This document shows, in pieces, positions 59,166-64,000 of a stretch of 64,000 bases of DNA. Position 1 is the stretch's first letter. Every line of letters starts with the position of its first letter. The notes under the pieces are model-generated. The model was not told the origin of the DNA and did no database searches. It worked only from the letters and a program-made list of their open reading frames with translations. The position numbers and the translations under genes were made by a program. The stretch comes from Candidatus Fermentibacteraceae bacterium (lineage in GTDB: Bacteria; Fermentibacterota; Fermentibacteria; Fermentibacterales; JCC-6), in NCBI GenBank assembly GCA_041750285.1, contig JBGSZS010000008.1, positions 87,850-151,849 on the forward strand, read 5' to 3'.

Positions 59166-59669
59166 TCAGGGCAAAAAGCCCACCCAACCGTCCGCATCGG
59201 ACGCTTCGAGGAGTTTCCAGTTCTCACCGGGCGCGCGCGAGACCAGAAGGCTCCAGCTGCCCCCGCTGCTGATGTAATCGGGGCCGGTTCCGGTGAAATC
59301 GAGCTGGAAGTCGAAGGACAGAAGAGCCTCATCGGGCGACAGGTACTGAACCGAAGCGTTTTCCTCATCGATGGAAAGGCATATCTCGGAACACCCCTCG
59401 AAGAAGAACGCGATCCAGTCTGTCTGGAGTTCGGCGTTCCATCCCGAATCAACGACCCCGTCGCCGTCGTAATCGTCCCAGCAGGACTCGGGAATGGTGT
59501 GGAAGTACCCTTCCTGAAGCACGTACGAGAACAGACCCGGATCCTGGTAGCTGTACGCCTCTTCGAGCGAGGTCAGAACATCGAGAGGGGTTCCCTCCTC
59601 ACCTGGACCCGTGGTGTTGCTGCCGCACCCCGCGGCAAGCAGCGCTGCGGCCACAGCCAGCCTTCTCAT
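59166..59669 (-). CDS. Lipoprotein, hypothetical (NTF2-like)
   Basis: Lipobox AAGC; LEEAY...W.L motif; DYDGDG. Confidence 0.7.
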   Translation of the reverse strand: MRRLAVAAALLAAGCGSNTTGPGEEGTPLDVLTSLEEAYSYQDPGLFSYVLQEGYFHTIPESCWDDYDGDGVVDSGWNAELQTDWIAFFFEGCSEICLSIDEENASVQYLSPDEALLSFDFQLDFTGTGPDYISSGGSWSLLVSRAPGENWKLLEASDADGWVGFLP

Positions 59670-59856
59670 GGTTCACTTCCCTTCCGGCACGACAAATCAT
59701 ACGATGATTCCACTTTCCTGAAAGGTCAAGTCCTTTTCCCCTGCCCGTGGATACGGGCCGGCACGATCTGACCGGTATTCATGCATATTGCCACTATTCT
59801 GGCCACATGTATATTACATTATTCATTGATGCCCATTCCAACGATCCGGGAGCGAA

Positions 59857-61260
59857 ATGAAGGATCATGCTCTTCACGTGCTCTTGATTCCTCTCTCCTT
59901 CTCGATGGCTTTCTGTGATCCGGCAAATCCCCTTCTGAACATCGACGGCTACTGGTCTGAAGGCTTCGGCCCTCCCCCGGACGGACAGGGCCTGAACACG
60001 TTCGTGGACGCAATAGAGACCATGGATGATTCAAGCCTCTGCGTCGGAGGCGGATTCATCGAGGCGGGCGGGATTACCGTCAACTGCATCGCGATATGGA
60101 ACGGGAGCTCCTGGGAGGCTCTCGGGGGGGGCATGAACGCGAATGTCCGGGCAATTGCGGTGAGCGGGTCAACCATCTACGCCGGAGGGTACTTCACCCA
60201 GGCGGGCGGTGTCCCCGCAAACCACATCGCAAGATGGGACGGCAGCAGTTGGTCACCCCTCGGTGAAGGGCTGAACGGGCCGGTCTTCGCACTTGCGCTC
60301 TGCGGGTCTGACTTGTACGCGGGAGGATCGTTCACAACGGCCGGTGGAAGTCCTGCCTCCCGTATAGCGAAGTGGGACGGCGATTCATGGTCAGCCCTCG
60401 GAACCGGTCTGAATGGCCAGGTATACGCCATTGAGGCCGACGGTTCGGACATCTACGCCGGCGGCTTTTTCGACCGCGCAGGTCTCCTATACGTTTATCA
60501 CATCGCACGATGGAGTGAGGGAAGCTGGCACAGTCTGGGCGCTGGAACCAGCGACTGGGTTCGCACTATCGCACTCAGCGGCAACACCGTTTATGCGGGT
60601 GGCGATTTCAGCATGGCCGGAGGTGTTCCCGTAAACCGCATCGCAAGATGGGATGGCAGCGGCTGGTCACCGCTTGGAAGCGGGATGAATCACTACGTCT
60701 ACAGCATCGAGGTCAATGGCTCCGATGTCTATGCTGGCGGCGAGTTCACCACTGCGGGAGGGATGGCAGCCCTTCGAATAGCAAGGTGGAACACGAGCAC
60801 CTGCTCATGGACAGCTCTTGGAAGCGGTATGAACCAGCAGGTCTGTGCGATCCGGGCCATCGGCCGGGACATCTTCGCCGGAGGCTGGTTCATCTTTGCG
60901 GGGGGAATACCCTCACACTACTTCGCCCGGTGGGTGGATGAGGAAGTCGGGACCGGTGAAGCCGAAGCCGAGCAGGTGCCAAACGCACTGAGGATACTCA
61001 GTGTATCGCCCAACCCTTCGACAGCCGCCGTGCAGATCGCTTTACAGTCTCAGGGCGCGTCGGAACTGACCCTTGATGTCTATGACGTTTCCGGGCACGC
61101 AGTCTATTCCAGGGTACAGGGAAGCATCCCTGCCGGACTGCACGCCCTGCACTGGAACGGTTGTGATTCAACGGGAGGGCCACTTGCTCAGGGGGTTTAC
61201 TTCGCAAGGGTATCGGACGGCAGAATCACTGCATCGGCCAGGGTCGTGCTGGTCAGATAG
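59857..61260 (+). CDS. Secreted repeat beta-propeller protein with T9SS/FlgD-like C-terminal domain
   Basis: About 7 repeats IARWDGxxWxxLGxGxNxxVxAIxxxGxxxYAGGxF; tail SPNP...VYDVSG...WNG.D..G.....GVYFAR. Confidence 0.85.
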   Translation: MKDHALHVLLIPLSFSMAFCDPANPLLNIDGYWSEGFGPPPDGQGLNTFVDAIETMDDSSLCVGGGFIEAGGITVNCIAIWNGSSWEALGGGMNANVRAIAVSGSTIYAGGYFTQAGGVPANHIARWDGSSWSPLGEGLNGPVFALALCGSDLYAGGSFTTAGGSPASRIAKWDGDSWSALGTGLNGQVYAIEADGSDIYAGGFFDRAGLLYVYHIARWSEGSWHSLGAGTSDWVRTIALSGNTVYAGGDFSMAGGVPVNRIARWDGSGWSPLGSGMNHYVYSIEVNGSDVYAGGEFTTAGGMAALRIARWNTSTCSWTALGSGMNQQVCAIRAIGRDIFAGGWFIFAGGIPSHYFARWVDEEVGTGEAEAEQVPNALRILSVSPNPSTAAVQIALQSQGASELTLDVYDVSGHAVYSRVQGSIPAGLHALHWNGCDSTGGPLAQGVYFARVSDGRITASARVVLVR

Positions 61261-61264
61261 ACCA

Positions 61265-62281
61265 TTACTTCGGGACAGACAGGTTCTCGAAGTACTCGAA
61301 TGCGTCAATAACGTCGAGATAGGCCCCGTCGAATCCCGCGTCGATGATCCTCTGAAGGTATGAGTCGTCGTTGCCGAAGATTATCGCCTGCCACTCTGGG
61401 TCCCAGTATTCGACTTTGTAGTTTCCCGGCCAGTCCGGGTTTTCATCTCCCAGCCAGGAAGGCCTCTGAGTATCCCAAGAAGGGTCCCAGTAATACCTGT
61501 AATCCTCGGCTTCGCCTATGCTCAGGTAGCATATCAGAAGCCTTTCGCCGCCGCCGCTCTTCACGCGGATCTGGTCAAGGTCGGCCTGGGTGAACTGCTC
61601 TTCGTTGTGGAAAAGGTCCATTATGACAACGTCGTATGAGGTTTGGGAAACGGCATCGATGAACTGCTGTTTCGTTCCGTAGTTGCCGCCGTTTATCAGA
61701 TACAGGAAGTTGGCGGCATGGTCAATGTCCGCAACCGCATCAGTATTCGCATTCCAGGGCTCCTCAGGATAGCCGGGAATGGTGTTGAGCTCACGCTGAT
61801 CGGCCGCGAACGATATGAAACCGTACGACTCATTGGTCTGGTAGGAGTCATCAACGTACTCCAGGGTCCAGCAGTAATCGGTGGCCAGAACCTGAACCCC
61901 GTTGTTCTCGCAGACAAGGCACAGGTCCCGCAGGTATTCCGCCTCGGAAGCAGGCGTGGGGACATTGTCAGAGATGTAACCATAGAACATGTCCTCCCTG
62001 CCGGTTGCATCCATTGAAGCCAGATAGGCGAGCTGCGGCGTACCGCCGGGGTCACCGTCGTCGGTCACCAGTTCCTGGCCGTTCTGGGGTATCACGATGA
62101 ACCCGGAATGCTGTCCCTTTGCCCATGAGGACAGGTCCATTACGAAGCTTCGCATTTCCTGCCTGTAAAAACTGTTTTCACCGGAGGGACCCGTTGCGTC
62201 GTCGGAGCCGCATCCTGCTGCCAGAAGCAGCAACACTGCTGTTATCGCTGTTCTGCCCGTAAAGGCATTACCTCTTGGCAT
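61265..62281 (-). CDS. Lipoprotein, endo-alpha-1,4-polygalactosaminidase-like (GH114/TM1410-MJ1477 family)
   Basis: Lipobox AAGC; IVIPQNG, CYLSIGEAEDYRYYW, ENPDWPGNYKVEYW, GFDGAYLD. Confidence 0.85.
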   Translation of the reverse strand: MPRGNAFTGRTAITAVLLLLAAGCGSDDATGPSGENSFYRQEMRSFVMDLSSWAKGQHSGFIVIPQNGQELVTDDGDPGGTPQLAYLASMDATGREDMFYGYISDNVPTPASEAEYLRDLCLVCENNGVQVLATDYCWTLEYVDDSYQTNESYGFISFAADQRELNTIPGYPEEPWNANTDAVADIDHAANFLYLINGGNYGTKQQFIDAVSQTSYDVVIMDLFHNEEQFTQADLDQIRVKSGGGERLLICYLSIGEAEDYRYYWDPSWDTQRPSWLGDENPDWPGNYKVEYWDPEWQAIIFGNDDSYLQRIIDAGFDGAYLDVIDAFEYFENLSVPK

Positions 62282-62423
62282 TGATACTCCTCTCCATCCG
62301 TCCGCAGGAAACAGTCAGAAATCCACTTCCCGGCCCCTGACAATTCTCTTACGACAGTTACGCAACACTCCGATCCGGTTCGGGTGTATCCTGAGGACTC
62401 AGCGACGTCCCGGCATGTTCACG

Positions 62424-63056
62424 CTACTGAAAGGTGGCCTTGATCCCAGCGAAAGTCGTGTTGATAAGGGCCAGAGCACCGGAAAACTGCATGAGGGGTA
62501 TTACACTGGTCCGGCTGCCGGTCTCCGAGTTGTAAGGTCCTGATGCGCACCGCAAGGTTCCCGTATTCCACTGCCATGTGTAGATGCACTCTGTTCCCTG
62601 CTCTTCTCCGCTTGACCAGAGGATTTCGACGATGAGGTTCTTCGTGCCCCCATACCAGAACGGGAAATCCAGTTCAAAAGGTATCCAGGCATTCGGTTCG
62701 GCCTCAAGCAGCAGGCTATCGCGGCTGAACACGAGGGTGCGGGTACCAGGGATGAAATTGCCTTCAAAATTGTCGCCGAGAACGTCGGAATCGCAGAGCC
62801 CCATCCAAATCTCGAAGTCCGTGAAAGTGGTCTGTCCGGAAGAGGATCCGGAACTGTGTCTCTTCAGAATGAAGGTATCGAATTCCATCGCACCGTTCAT
62901 CTCCGAGTCCAGCACCACCACCTGGTAGTGCAGCGACTCGATTCAAGATACGCACAGGGGCTCTCCGGAAGACAGCTCCTCGCTTCCAACGGTGACGGTG
63001 GCGGCGGATGCGGGAAGGTGTGCAAAGAGAAGCAGCAGCAAAGAAAGAGATTTCAT
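62424..63056 (-). CDS. Putative secreted CxxU selenoprotein (paralog B), in-frame UGA at codon 38 (62943-62945)
   Basis: MKSLSLLLLLFAHLPASA-ATVTVG...EPLCVS[UGA]IESLHYQVVVL in frame with track ORF 62424-62921; ends NTTFAGIKATFQ. Confidence 0.82.
62904..62940 (-). promoter_or_regulatory. SECIS-like hairpin (paralog B)
   Basis: CGAGUC/GACUCG lower stem; GCACUACC-AGGU-GGUGGUGC upper stem starting 11 nt after the UGA. Confidence 0.72.
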
Positions 63057-63066
63057 GGTTGTTCCT

Positions 63067-63693
63067 TCATTCCTCATAGACAAACAGGGATTTTATCTCC
63101 CCAAAAGTGCATTGGGAAAATGCCAGATCACCGGACAGAAGCAGCTCCGACATCTGCGTCGAGAGCACTCCCGTTGGGGCGGCGAGACTGATCGCCTTCA
63201 CGCTGCGGACGGCGCCGGTGTCCCATCTCCAGGTGTAGAAGCTGTACGCGGTGTTGGCGGAGGTCCACTGAAGGTCTATGAGAAGGTTCTGCTCTCCGTT
63301 GTACCAGTAGGGATTGTCAAGGATGACTGGCGCCCAGTCGTTGGCATCACCGCTCAGGTCGAGAGTATCTGCGGCGAAGACAAGAGTACGTGTGCCGGGA
63401 ATCCAGTTGCTGTCGAATGTGGCTTCGAGTTCGTCCCCGGCGCACAGCCCCATGTATATCTCAACACCGTAATAGTGACCCTCGCTGCTGCCGGATTCGG
63501 CTCTCTGCCAGGCCAGTGACAGAACATCCATGGCATTTCCGATCTCGCTTTCAAGCACCACCACCTGGTAGTGCATCTGAGAGCTTCAGGAACCGCACCA
63601 TGGATCACTCGACTGCGAGCCCTGGCTGCCGATGATCACGTCTGCAGCCTGGGCAGCAACCACTGATGCGAACAACAAAGCGAACAGTTTCAT
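63067..63693 (-). CDS. Putative secreted CxxU selenoprotein (paralog C), in-frame UGA at codon 36 (63586-63588)
   Basis: MKLFALLFASVVAAQA-ADVIIG...DPWCGS[UGA]SSQMHYQVVVL in frame with track ORF 63067-63576; ends QCTFGEIKSLFVYEE. Confidence 0.82.
63547..63584 (-). promoter_or_regulatory. SECIS-like hairpin (paralog C)
   Basis: Identical GCACUACC-AGGU-GGUGGUGC upper stem 11 nt after the UGA; lower pairs GCU/AGC, UCA/UGA. Confidence 0.72.
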
Positions 63694-63861
63694 CTTGATC
63701 CTTCCCGTTGGGAGTCCTCTTCAGCTTACCCTACGCAAGTCAAGGCGCAGCTCTGACCACTGTCAGTCCATTGGAATATATCTATTTGTCCACACATGCA
63801 AATATGGAGAAGTTGATCACCGGTGAAACGGATAGAGCTGCATGTGACAAACACTACTGAG

Positions 63862-64000
63862 CAAGCCTGTCCAAGATAGATTTTTGAGGAGAGAAAAGGA
63901 AGAGCCCTTTTTTGCCTGAGTGGTTAGAATTTCAGCGCCAACCAAAAACCCAAACACTCAAAACAAAAAAGGGCAAGGTTAATATGGCACGCGCTGCAAG
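63862..64000 (+). mobile_element. Probable left end of an insertion sequence (IS4-like) with the start of a transposase ORF at 63984
   Basis: Abrupt AT-rich segment starting CAAGCCTGTCCAAGA; long inverted repeat GCCCTTTTTTG..TGAGTG / CACTCA...CAAAAAAGGGC; ATG GCA CGC GCT GCA AG at the window edge. Confidence 0.45.

Noticed and set aside
60000..60930. Periodic DNA similarity that could suggest a CRISPR-like or tandem array
   Set aside because: It is coding beta-propeller repeats (about 49 aa) inside a CDS; no CRISPR array, rRNA or tRNA was seen in the window.
39869..63588. Reading the three in-frame TGAs as pseudogene nonsense mutations or as a UGA=Trp/Gly genetic code
   Set aside because: The same aligned position in three divergent paralogs, the CxxU context and the conserved downstream hairpin argue against decay. 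Many ordinary genes here end in TGA with ATGA/GTGA overlaps, which argues against code reassignment.

Overview
GC-rich (roughly 60%) chromosome segment of an anaerobic diderm bacterium. It carries PFOR, AsnRS, Fe-S/B12 enzymes, and many lipoproteins and secreted proteins with T9SS-like or short TFGxIK tails; my inference is an FCB-group candidate lineage such as Fermentibacterota. Main discovery: three paralogous secreted-protein genes (39419-39961, 62424-63056, 63067-63693, all minus strand) that the ORF track truncates. Each runs signal peptide - (E/D)P(L/W)-C-x-x-UGA - ~150-170 aa beta-rich domain. The in-frame UGA is at the same aligned position in all three and is followed by a conserved SECIS-like hairpin. 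This points to an apparently undescribed family of extracytoplasmic CxxU selenoproteins. Other notable items: a recurrent C-terminal TF(G/A)xIK motif on four secreted proteins; a methyltransferase + three HgdB/double-cubane proteins + activase operon with a structured leader; two probable AUA start codons; a PPDK-like dikinase lacking its PEP-binding domain next to a divergent GAPDH; a trypsin/YbjN-like gene pair; an HNH nuclease with tandem operator-like palindromes; and a probable IS4-type left end at the right edge. All calls are from motif recognition by eye; no searches were run.
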